Assembly (NCBI RefSeq): GCF_003704095.1
Contig: NW_020847620.1
Span: forward strand, 62,001 to 126,000
Direction of reading: 5' to 3'
Length of the DNA stretch: 64,000 nucleotides
Origin: Pocillopora damicornis
Lineage: Eukaryota
Below, piece by piece: positions 50,123 to 61,108 of the stretch; within the stretch, counting starts at the first letter, position 1, and every line of letters starts with the position of its first letter. Position numbers and translations under genes: made by a program. A model generated the notes under the pieces. The model was given only the letters and a program-made list of their open reading frames with translations, had not been told where the DNA came from and made no database searches.

Positions 50123-50677
50123 AAATGAATGTAAGGGTAGAGTCTACCTTGGCATAAAGTGCTCAATGCTGTGGTAGCAGAGCTAAGTATACATAAGAAT
50201 TAAAGAGGACGCATTGATTCTCTGTGACTCTGAGATTCGCACCTAAGCGCTCGTCAGACAGATATATATATATACATATTTATATATATTTATACAGATA
50301 TATATATATATAAAACAAAAAAAAAACTAAACAAAACGAAAACACGAGAAGAAGAAGAAGAAAAATGTTCAATTTTAAAAAAAAATAGAGCTACTGCTGC
50401 TGAAACCTACAATTATAGGAACCTCGTCTATCTTGTGCAGTGTTGTTTTCTTGGTTAACGTTTCATCAGGCTCGTCCCTTTCTCCTTCTACCGAAATAAA
50501 GGAATACATTCGGTGTGAATTGTTACACAAACACTAAATTGAACTAGGGAAATAAATTCAACCAAGGGAGCAAGCACATAAGTGTCCGTGTGCTAATGGG
50601 TGGTTGAATAGATTTTTCCAACTATCTGGTTTAGTCGGTTATTTCTTTCAAACAATTTGTAACTCTTGTCTACATAC

Positions 50678-51907
50678 CACTTGCACGCGCCGGGTCTGCC
50701 AATTCTAGAGAGGGGAAAGACAAAAAAAATTTAGTCTTACAATCAGCAAAGATGCAGAGGCGCGGAGGTAATTCTGCCCGTATTTGACTGGGAATGAGAA
50801 GGTTTTGCAACACGCGCAGAACCTATCCAGCCTGTAATAAACAGATTGCAGTTATATTTTGCCGTTGCCATTTTTTAACTTGTAGTGATAGTTATCCTTG
50901 GCCTGTAATACATGAATAAAAAATAAATTTATACGATAAGGAAGTTATTTTACTCATACCAAATTCCTTGTAATCATCGCCGATTTCATCCTCCTGATCT
51001 TCGAGTAGGAAGTAAAAAAAAAAATCAAAACAAATTGTAAAAACAAACATTGAAAATAGAAGGTGAAAGTGAAACGTGACAATGTGCAGCTGTACTAAAA
51101 GTTCCGGCGGACGTGTATGCCTTATCACACATATTGACAGCTCTTTATGCTCAGCGAAAGGGATCTAATCTAAACACTATTACGCTACTAACTATTTTTT
51201 TACTTTCATTATAATTTTGATGTTTACCATTTTCCATGTATTCATCATTAAGGTCCTCTTCCGGATCTTCCAGCATAAACCAAAGCAGATGAGACAAATT
51301 AGAAGGCAGAAAAGGAGAATGATCATGAAAATTATGATAATCAGTTAGCCTCGAAGTTCATTGCGTGGGGAGTAACCAACTTACATTTTTTATCTTTCAA
51401 GGACCTTCATTTACTCAAATTGAGGTCTAAGTACCAAAAAAACGGCTTTGGTCAATTAGAAAAAAGACGGAGGTGCTTACAGTTACTGTTGTTGTCATTC
51501 CTTCTATTAATGTTGTTGCCTTTGTTGTTCATGTCCCTCATGCACCGTGTTATTTTGCTGATCTTTTTGCATTATACGGGAATTAACACTTTTAACACGT
51601 CGAAAAAGTAATTAGGAATTGGGTAAAGAAAATCCCGCGCAGTTCAATGAAATTTCATTTGCATGCACTTCTCAGGGAGTTTTTTTGATAAGGTTTAGGG
51701 CACTGTTCTCTCAACAGCGAAGCACGTCGTTTTCGTAGTCGTTATAAAAGGCAAAATAATATCGCCCTACCCAACCACATAATATTCTCTTTGTTTGCAG
51801 CTTCTAAACAGTAACTAACCTCTAACTTCCTGCTGTTCTTCTGTTAGGTAGGGCCTTGCGTAAGTAACCGAAAGCAAAAAGACAACAAGACAAAGCTTCA
51901 GAAACAT
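50678..51907 (-). CDS. Paralogous prepropeptide gene; terminal exon not resolved
   Basis: Exons 51907-51820, 51266-51228, 50998-50960, 50704-50678 give MFLKLCLVVFLLSVTYARPYLTEEQQEVR-DPEEDLNDEYMEN-DQEDEIGDDYKEF-ELADPARAS. Same 88-nt first exon and homologous acceptor sites as the 44041-46148 gene. TATA-like element at ~51963-51973. Confidence 0.7.
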
Positions 51908-54031
51908 TTTGATGCGCCTCGAAGTTAAGACAACACGAATTAAGTTTACTCCCTTATTTGACTTTTTTATATATCATCTCATGGATTCTAAGTGGCAGTT
52001 GAATGGCACAAATAATTAAGGTGCCTTAACGTAATGCTTTTAATTTTGTGCGTGCGTTTGAACAACTGCTGGAGTCCGTAATGAGTCGTCAGATCGACCT
52101 CCCCGGCATTATCTAATAAAGACGAGAAGAGATGCTTTTACGCCTCAAAAACTTAAATGAAGCTCATAGTCTTAGTTGTTCTAAAGTTTTAATATATCTA
52201 GTTCATTTCACGAGTCATGGCGATGAATTGGATATATAGATAAATCAAGTTGACAACGGTTTTTTATCAAATGTTTAATCAACTGCTCTAGCCATTAGTT
52301 GTTTATTTGACTATTATCTCGTGGCATCATAACGGACACTTGCCTTTGAGGTTTCTTTTTCCTTTTTTCTTTTTTTCTTTTTTCATTCAGAATTTCCTCA
52401 CAATTAGGAGAATCGTCTAACGCTTCGATATCAGCTCGATGTCATGTTCAAATGAAAAAGAAAAGGACTAGATAGAATGAAGCATCTTAATAATTTACCC
52501 TAATCCCCCCCAACCAAACAAAAGAGAAAATATAATGAGATGCAATGAAATATGATAAAATTAAATAACAAAAAATAAGGTCAAGTGGCTGGAAAAAAAA
52601 TGAAAAAGATTAGTGCCCATGTGGATAAATTAAACATTAAAATCGTTAGACATCTTTTCTGTAACGTTTAAATTTTCTGACTTAATGTTTGACTTTAATT
52701 TTTAGAATTGCAAGCAAAATTTTGCAAATAAATATTAGCTTTTAACCTTCCTTATCCAGAAATTCCCCTAAGGGAAAACGGCTGGCTCGATTTTAGCTCC
52801 AAATATTTTAAACGAGAGAAAGAAGATGTATTTTGTTCTTGCCTTAGGAAAAACGAGGGAACCGTTCTATGAGAAAAAACTAAGCAAACACAGGCTGCTG
52901 AGCAGCTGGTTCATCGATAAGGAAGGATGATGGTACGTTTTATGGGTGATATTTACCACTATCTCTATTTATCAATTTATCTTTTTATTCGTCAATCACT
53001 TTATTTTACGAGGTGACTGGAAATGACACGTTTATCGTCAAGAACTTTCGATATTCAATTTTCCGATAAACTGATCTCGAAACGTTTGTCAGGGATCCAC
53101 CGATGGATGTTTACGTTGAACTCAAGGCTGTACAAACACATTTAAAAAGGATCATTCTACATATACGGTTCTCTTCATACCTTTTCAGAACGCAAAAAAT
53201 CTATTTGGCTTTTAACGTGTATTTTGCCATGGATTTTATAGAGAAATTTATTGATCATTGCCCAATTGGGTAGAGTTTATGGACAATGCCGAAATAAAAT
53301 GCTTATCAACAAGAGAGCGATATGAACTAAGTCCATTCATAATATGGAAATCCATATAGACACGTATTCTGGTAACAAATGACATGATGGTATAGCTTCG
53401 ATTCAAGATGTGACACTTGACAGTTTTGGGAATCCTCCCACATGTTAAGTCATCTTGCATTGCATTATTAAGGGCTCATTGAACACTCTCTTTGTGCTGA
53501 AAGCATGGGGACATTGAGAAATACTCTTTTAGAATTAAGTGTAGTCTAAATTTAGTTTCTGCTTTGTGCGGATATTGGGAATATGTACAGATGATTTGTG
53601 ACTTGCCAGCAAGTAACACAACAAGATCTCCATCTCAAAACTGAACCTAACCAAACTTCACACAGTTTTGTCTAAATGGATCAGGGACACGTCTAAGTCT
53701 AATAAAACTTCAAGAAATCGACTCAAACCACATGGATAGAAAACAGGAAAATTTTGAAAGGAAAAAAAAAGGATAGTAATAATCGATGTTGGCGCGCGCG
53801 CCATCCTGATGAAATCTGAAATTTAAAATATTCGAATTTCTTCATCCTGATAGCTCTTTTTTCGTAACAAGCTCTACTACCCTCTCTTCTTCGTGATGGT
53901 TACGAATGGTCCCTACTTCCAAGGCTTTTTTAAAGTCTGTAGTATCTTACACATCTCGCTCACAGGCTAATATTGCGTCTAAATTTTAACACAATATACT
54001 TATTCTACAAAAGACACATGCATTAAAGTAA

Positions 54032-54035
54032 TAAA

Positions 54036-54080
<45 letters not shown>

Positions 54081-54239
54081 TATAGCAGGTAAATTAGCCA
54101 CCTTAAAGGGTAAAAAAACTGACGTTTCGAAGTCGTCTATCGCTCTGACGAAGGGCTAACGCTCGAAACGTCAGCTTTTTTTCCCCTTTACGGTGGCTAA
54201 TTTACGTTTTCAACCCAGTTGTTAACACTAAATTACCTA
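54032..54239 (+). mobile_element. Penelope-type element with intact core CTGACGAAGGGCTAACGCTCGAAACGTC
   Basis: Near-identical to the 19425 copy. 11-bp TSD CATTAAAGTAA at 54021-54031 and 54240-54250. Confidence 0.85.
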
Positions 54240-54429
54240 CATTAAAGTAAGATGATCAATATCCACTGTAGTATACTATGTCTTTAGTTAAGTATGACAC
54301 GTTGCAATCGTGATAAAATCGGTCGTTCCCTGAAGCGCTAGAATTTGGTTTTGTTACCTTCTGCAGGCCATTTTCTAGTCTTGCGAAATAAATAGACGGA
54401 AAATAAAAAAAGAAAAGCTTAGAAGTAGT

Positions 54430-54848
54430 TATTTCTGTGCTTTTGTGATCGGCTAATGCTTATTCGACCAAAAAAATAATTTCAAGGACAGGTAGCCCAG
54501 ATGATCTATTTAGCCCTTAAAGTCAAATTAATTGTTTTGGGCTCACGTTACTAGAAACCACTTAAATCAATAAGCAATTCCTAACAGCATTGAGGTTAGC
54601 CTTTCTGGAAATGATTTAATTTCGTTTTGTTATATTTAGTGGGCCATTCCCTAATCTAGCAGAATAATGAAAAGAAACATTGTTTCTGTTGTTTTGTGAG
54701 CGACTACTTTTTCTTCGACCAAAACATGATTTTCAAGGACAGTTTTCCTCATTGATTTATTCAGCTCTTTGAGTCCACTGGTTTGTTTTAGGCTCACGTC
54801 AGTTTAAAGCATTTAAATCAATAAGCAATTGTTAACAACACTGAGTTC
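54430..54848. repeat. Diverged local tandem duplication (~250-bp period)
   Basis: TTCGACCAAAA..TTTCAAGGACAG..GGCTCACGT..TAAATCAATAAGCAATT occurs at ~54465-54580 and ~54715-54830. Confidence 0.7.
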
Positions 54849-55062
54849 ATCTATGCTGATAATTCTGACTCACTCACAAGGAGAGAAACCTTACAGCACT
54901 TCCTTATGGACTTCTATTACAATCTGCATCAAATTAAAAGCAAATTTTCGAACTTCGATGATATAGCAAGGGAAAAAAAACGACAATGCATTCTAGCCCT
55001 GAAAAAAAAATCCCCAAGGTGTCAGACTCCCACAAAACAAAAACACTGTCGTTGCTTGAGTA

Positions 55063-55417
55063 AAAATAATATCAGTAGAGATATCCTCCTACTAATTGCT
55101 ATAAATAATATCAGTAGAGATATCTTTCTAGTATTTACAATATATAATATCAGTAAAGATATCCTCCTAGTATTTACAATAAATAATATCAGTAGAGATA
55201 TCCTCCTGGTATTTACAATAAATAATATCAGTAGAGATACCTCCTAGTATTTACAACAAATGGTATCAATAGAGATATCCTCCTAGTACTTGCAATAAAT
55301 AATATCAGTAGAGATATCCTCCTAGTATTTACAATAAATAATATCAGCAGAGATATCCTACTAGTATTTACAATAAATAATATCAGTAGAGATATCCTCC
55401 TAGTATTTTCAATAAAC
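55063..55417. repeat. 39-bp minisatellite, about 9 units (AATAAATAATATCAGTAGAGATATCCTCCTAGTATTTAC)
   Basis: Tandem units with no unique spacers. Explains the 13-aa periodic spurious ORFs. Confidence 0.95.
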
Positions 55418-56442
55418 ATACCTAAAAAGACTTTATAAAAATTGTAAAGATTTTAAGACAACATTTAGGGAAGCGCATAAACTTTCTGAATAGTTTCAAC
55501 GCTTTAAAGGTATAAAAGTCTCACAAAATCATCGTCAAGTTAAAAGGTTGTCGGAACTTGCCAATATTTAGAATACAATTAAGATGGGCACGACTGTTTC
55601 CAGATATATTTGGAGAAGTTTGAGAAAGAGCAAAAATGGTGGTACTGTAAACAGTCCAGTCTTTTTTTTTCTAAAGAAAAACAAAAATACAGGAATCAAT
55701 ATTTGCAAAATACATTTTATTTTTCATACTCAATACTAGTGTTTTGTAGTGAATTTAACCTTGGTTCCTTAAAATTACTTCCGTCAGAAAAGGTAAAATT
55801 TCCTCTCTTTATGTATAAAGAAAGATTTACCTGCTCTTCAGATCAATTTCACTGNNNNNNNNNNNNNNNNNNNNNNNNNNNNNNNNNNNNNNNNNNNNNN
55901 NNNNNNNNNNNNNNNNNNNNNNNNNNNNNNNNNNNNNNNNNNNNNNNNNNNNNNNNNNNNNNNNNNNNNNNNNNNNNNNNNNNNNNNNNNNNNNNNNNNN
56001 NNNNNNNNNNNNNNNNNNNNNNNNNNNNNNNNNNNNNNNNNNNNNNNNNNNNNNNNNNNNNNNNNNNNNNNNNNNNNNNNNNNNNNNNNNNNNNNNNNNN
56101 NNNNNNNNNNNNNNNNNNNNNNNNNNNNNNNNNNNNNNNNNNNNNNNNNNNNNNNNNNNNNNNNNNNNNNNNNNNNNNNNNNNNTGAGATATTAATAATG
56201 TACCCAGAAAGAGCTTCCTCTCGTATCAAAACTCTATATCTGATTATTCTACTCATTGAAGCTTCTGTTAAATGATGAATTATTTTAGTTTCTCCTGTTG
56301 ACTTTTTGCCATTCGNNNNNNNNNNNNNNNNNNNNNNNNNNNNNNNNNNNNNNNNNNNNNNNNNNNNNNNNNNNNNNNNNNNNNNNNNNNNNNNNNNNNN
56401 NNNNNNNNNNNNNNNAAAACAAAAACACTGTCGTTGCTTGAG

Positions 56443-56760
56443 TAAAAATAATATCAGTAGAGATATCTTTCTAGTATTTACAATATATAATATCCGTAAA
56501 GATATCCTCCTAGTATTTACAATAAATAATATCAGTCGAGATATCCTCCTGGTATTTACAATAAATAATATCAGTAGAGATACCTCCTATTATTTACAAT
56601 AAATGCTATCAATAGAGATATCCTTCTAGTATTTGCAATAAATAATATCAGTAGAGATATCCTCCTAGTATTTACAATAAATAATATCAGCAGAGATATC
56701 CTACTAGTATTTACAATAAATAATATCAGTAGAGATATCATCCTAGTATTTTCAATAAAC
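56443..56760. repeat. Second array of the 39-bp minisatellite, about 8 units, inside a direct duplication (55035-55854 / 56416-57203)
   Basis: Same unit; flanks are near-identical to the first array. Confidence 0.92.
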
Positions 56761-58524
56761 ATACCTAAAAAGACTTTAAAAAAATTGTAAAGATTTTAAG
56801 ACAACATTTAGGGTAGCGCAGAATAAACTTTCTGAATAATTTCAACGCTTTAAAGGTGTAAAAGTCTCACAAAATCATCGTCAAGTTAAAAGGTTGTCGG
56901 AACTTGTCAATATTTAGAATACAATTAAGATGGGCACGACTGTTTCTAGATATATTTGGAGGACTTTAAGAAAGAGCAAAAAATGGTGATACTGTAAACA
57001 GTCCAGTCTTTTTTTTTTTTTTCTAAAGAAAAACAAAAATACAGGAATCAATATTTGCAAAATACATTAAATTTTTTATACCCCAATATTAGTCTTTTGT
57101 ACTGAATTTAACCTTGGTTCCTTAAAATTACTTCAGTCAGAAAAGGTAAAATTTCCTCTCTTTATGTATAAAGATTTACATGCTCTTCAGATCAATTTCA
57201 CTGTTGATATCCCAACACAGCAGTGATCAACAGGAATATCGTTACATGTATTCAGTATAGACCTAAGTACTAATCTATTAATAGATCTTATTTTACGCAC
57301 TTGGTTTCCACTAATTTGTTTGCTCCTTACGTCGTTGTCAAGCATTAAAAATCAATCATTAGTTCTTTAAGACGTTGCTCTCTCAACAATCTTCTTATTG
57401 ATGGACAACAGTTTTACATTTTTTCTAATTGGGGAAGAGTTCAAATTTTGATGATATAACTGCAATATCTAAGCAGCAGGTCATTTTCATCGAAGTACTA
57501 CTTGGTGAAGCTTTGCAATCGAAACTATCCAAGACATAAAATCAAAAATATTAGACCAGCATATTTCCAAACTATGTAACATCAATTTATCATATTGAAT
57601 TCTAAATACAAATTTTTAGAATTTTGAAAGCTCAGTCTTTTCTGAGATTTTCAAAGAGCTTCCTCTCGTATCAAAACTCTACATCTGATTATTCTACTTA
57701 ATGAAGCTTCTGTTAAATGATGCTGTTCCGTAGAATTATTTTAGTTTCTCCTGTTGACTTTTTGCCATTCGCCCTGACTACATGCTTAACCCATAAGAAA
57801 AAAGCGGAAATTTTTGGTTTGGTAGGATGCTAATCAGTGAGGCCCTATTATTAAATCTACGCAAGGCAAAAAGATGAAAAAATATCAGACGAGTAAATTG
57901 TCCAACCAAGTAACATGAAATTGACGTATTCGTAAGTCTAAATATAACTGTTCTTAATTTAGAAGTTCGATTCTCGGCTGAGATTTAAAAATAATCAAAA
58001 CAAAAAGCGAAGCAACTAGTATCACAACATTATTCAGATCCCCAAGGCTTCTATTTCATAGTTTTGTTCCGTAGAATTGTTCTTGATGCANNNNNNNNNN
58101 NNNNNNNNNNNNNNNNNNNNNNNNNNNNNNNNNNNNNNNNNNNNNNNNNNNNNNNNNNNNNNNNNNNNNNNNNNNNNNNNNNNNNNNNNNNNNNNNNNNN
58201 NNNNNNNNNNNNNNNNNNNNNNNNNNNNNNNNNNNNNNNNNNNNNNNNNNNNNNNNNNNNNNNNNNNNNNNNNNNNNNNNNNNNNNNNNNNNNNNNNNNN
58301 NNNNNNNNNNNNNNNNNNNNNNNNNNNNNNNNNNNNNNNNNNNNNNNNNNNNNNNNNNNNNNNNNNNNNNNNNNNNNNNNNNNNNNNNNNNNNNNNNNNN
58401 NNNNNNNNNNNNNNNNNNNNNNNNNNNNNNNNNNNNNNNNNNNNNNNNNNNNNNNNNNNNNNNNNNNNNNNNNNNNNNNNNNNNNNNNNNNNNNNNNNNN
58501 NNNNNNNNNNNNNNNNNNNNNNNN

Positions 58525-59873
58525 TAGCGGAAAAGCGGGAAGGTATTGGATGAAAATTACGAGAGCATGATTTTTTTGTCAGACCATTCTTTTTTCCATC
58601 AGTCCAATGGTGTTACTTTTATTAAGTACTCTTTTTTTCCTTNNNNNNNNNNNNNNNNNNNNNNNNNNNNNNNNNNNNNNNNNNNNNNNNNNNNNNNNNN
58701 NNNNNNNNNNNNNNNNNNNNNNNNNNNNNNNNNNNNNNNNNNNNNNNNNNNNNNNNNNNNNNNNNNNNNNNNNNNNNNNNNNNNNNNNNNNNNNNNNNNN
58801 NNNNNNNNNNNNNNNNNNNNNNNNNNNNNNNNNNNNNNNNNNNNNNNNNNNNNNNNNNNNNNNNNNNNNNNNNNNNNNNNNNNNNNNNNNNNNNNNNNNN
58901 NNNNNNNNNNNNNNNNNNNNNNNNNNNNNNNNNNNNNNNNNNNNNNNNNNNNNNNNNNNNNNNNNNNNNNNNNNNNNNNNNNNNNNNNNNNNNNNNNNNN
59001 NNNNNNNNNNNNNNNNNNNNNNNNNNNNNNNNNNNNNNNNNNNNNNNNNNNNNNNNNNNNNNNNNNNNNNNNNNNNNNNNNNNNNNNNNNNNNNNNNNNN
59101 NNNNNNNNNNNNNNNNNNNNNNNNNNNNNNNNNNNNNNNNNNNNNNNNNNNNNNNNNNNNNNNNNNNNNNNNNNNNNNNNNNNNNNNNNNNNNNNNAAGA
59201 GATGAAGAAAACGAGAGGGATGCTAAGGAATTAGAAGAAATGAACGATGAGGACGAAGAGACAGGCAAGTGTTGATCCCGCTAACCGAGTTCTGTCTCCA
59301 CTTCGGAGATGAGATCCAAGTTATAATGTCAATNNNNNNNNNNNNNNNNNNNNNNNNNNNNNNNNNNNNNNNNNNNNNNNNNNNNNNNNNNNNNNNNNNN
59401 NNNNNNNNNNNNNNNNNNNNNNNNNNNNNNNNNNNNNNNNNNNNNNNNNNNNNNNNNNNNNNNNNNNNNNNNNNNNNNNNNNNNNNNNNNNNNNNNNNNN
59501 NNNNNNNNNNNNNNNNNNNNNNNNNNNNNNNNNNNNNNNNNNNNNNNNNNNNNNNNNNNNNNNNNNNNNNNNNNNNNNNNNNNNNNNNNNNNNNNNNNNN
59601 NNNNNNNNNNNNNNNNNNNNNNNNNNNNNNNNNNNNNNNNNNNNNNNNNNNNNNNNNNNNNNNNNNNNNNNNNNNNNNNNNNNNNNNNNNNNNNNNNNNN
59701 NNNNNNNNNNNNNNNNNNNNNNNNNNNNNNNNNNNNNNNNNNNNNNNNNNNNNNNNNNNNNACACAATTATCAATGAAGTAAACTGTGAGAAAAGCACTT
59801 TCTAACCAAATGTTAATAATTTTTGTTCCATCAGATGAAGATGAAGTTTCTGAGGATCCAAGACCGGTGCCAA
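58525..59873 (+). CDS. Fragments of another prepropeptide gene, broken by gaps
   Basis: End of exon 1 (LAEKRE|GT, 58525-58542). Acidic exon 59198-59264 RDEENERDAKELEEMNDEDEET with a GC donor (G|GCAAGT). Exon from 59835 reads DEDEVSEDPRPVP and runs into a gap. Confidence 0.6.
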
Positions 59874-60515
59874 NNNNNNNNNNNNNNNNNNNNNNNNNNN
59901 NNNNNNNNNNNNNNNNNNNNNNNNNNNNNNNNNNNNNNNNNNNNNNNNNNNNNNNNNNNNNNNNNNNNNNNNNGTCATTTCTATCGAAGTACTACTCGGT
60001 GAAGCTTTGCAATCGAAACTATTCAGGACATAAAATCAAAAATATTAGACCAGCATATTGCCAATATGCTGGTCTAATAATACTGTTCTTAATTTAGAAG
60101 TTCGATTTTCCGCTGAGCTTTAAAAATAATCAAAACAAAAAGAGAAGCAACTAGTGTCACAACATTATTCATATCCCCAAGGCTTCTGTTGCATAGTGTT
60201 GTTCCGTAGAATTGTTCTTGATGCAGTTTATTGTCTGCCGTGCGCATTAACTTCAAGCTCAACCTCTCTATTTTTAGCCTTAGAATATTAAGAGTGCTTG
60301 AAGAATCATATTTCCGACACCTCAATGCCTTTGTCTTGTCATCCATTGCACTATATAATATTACTTTTATTTGCCTATTTTTAATCGTGCAAAGCATGCA
60401 ATGTAATGTATTGAGTTTTGCTTCTATAGTATTGGCACCTGTATGAAACCCATAAATGGACCGATGAGAATCTCACCAGAGTCATTCTCTGCCCGGAGTT
60501 AAAACGGCTTCAGCC

Positions 60516-61007
60516 ATGCAGATGAAACTTTTGTTGATCAGCTGTTTCCTTTTAGGAGCCTGTACAGCCTCTTACCTAGCGGAAAAGCGGGAAGGTATTG
60601 GATCAAAATTACGAGAGCATGATTATTTTTGTCAGACCATTCCTTTTTCCATTAGTCCAATGGCGTTACTTTTATTAAGTACTCTTTTTTTCCTTCCCTA
60701 GATGCTCCTCTGACTGAGGATACAGGTCACTTTAAGAGGCTACTTAGTTACTTTTGACGCCTGATTAAAAAAAAGTTTTCCCAGAAAAGAAAAGAATACT
60801 CATAGGAATTATCTTCGATACAGTTCTCACGAATGTGGAGTCTCCTAGAAAGTGCCGAGACTCTCTCCATTTAATTACCGGTCTGGTTGTTTTCAAATGA
60901 AAACCAGCGTACTCTACTTTGATTTTCACCTATAATCAGTTTTTTTTGCCTTCTTTTTCTCCCTAAAATAGCCCAAGAAGATCTGAATGACGAAGACTTC
61001 GAGACTG
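60516..61007 (+). CDS. Prepropeptide gene, 5' three exons (rest in gap)
   Basis: Exons 60516-60594 (MQMKLLLISCFLLGACTASYLAEKRE), 60702-60725 (DAPLTEDT), 60972-~61007 (AQEDLNDEDFET). Phase-1 micro-exons. Confidence 0.65.
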
Positions 61008-61108
61008 CNNNNNNNNNNNNNNNNNNNNNNNNNNNNNNNNNNNNNNNNNNNNNNNNNNNNNNNNNNNNNNNNNNNNNNNNNNNNNNNNNNNNNNNNNNNN
61101 NNNNNNNN

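Noticed and set aside
52758-52770. NF-kB-like site (GGGGAATTTCT on -) upstream of the peptide gene
   Set aside because: Imperfect match, mutated in one duplicate (62684 GGGAACTTCT), and expected by chance.
55063-56760. 39-bp arrays as a CRISPR array or a repeat protein (INNISRDILLVFT)n
   Set aside because: Units are head-to-tail with no unique spacers, the context is eukaryotic with no cas genes, and the ORFs are by-products of a 3n repeat without splice or start context.
55035-60700. Direct duplications (55035-55854/56416-57203; 57480-58640/59974-60692) as true paralogues
   Set aside because: They are highly similar and interleaved with gaps, so they could be uncollapsed haplotypes. The copy number of the plus-strand peptide genes is therefore uncertain.
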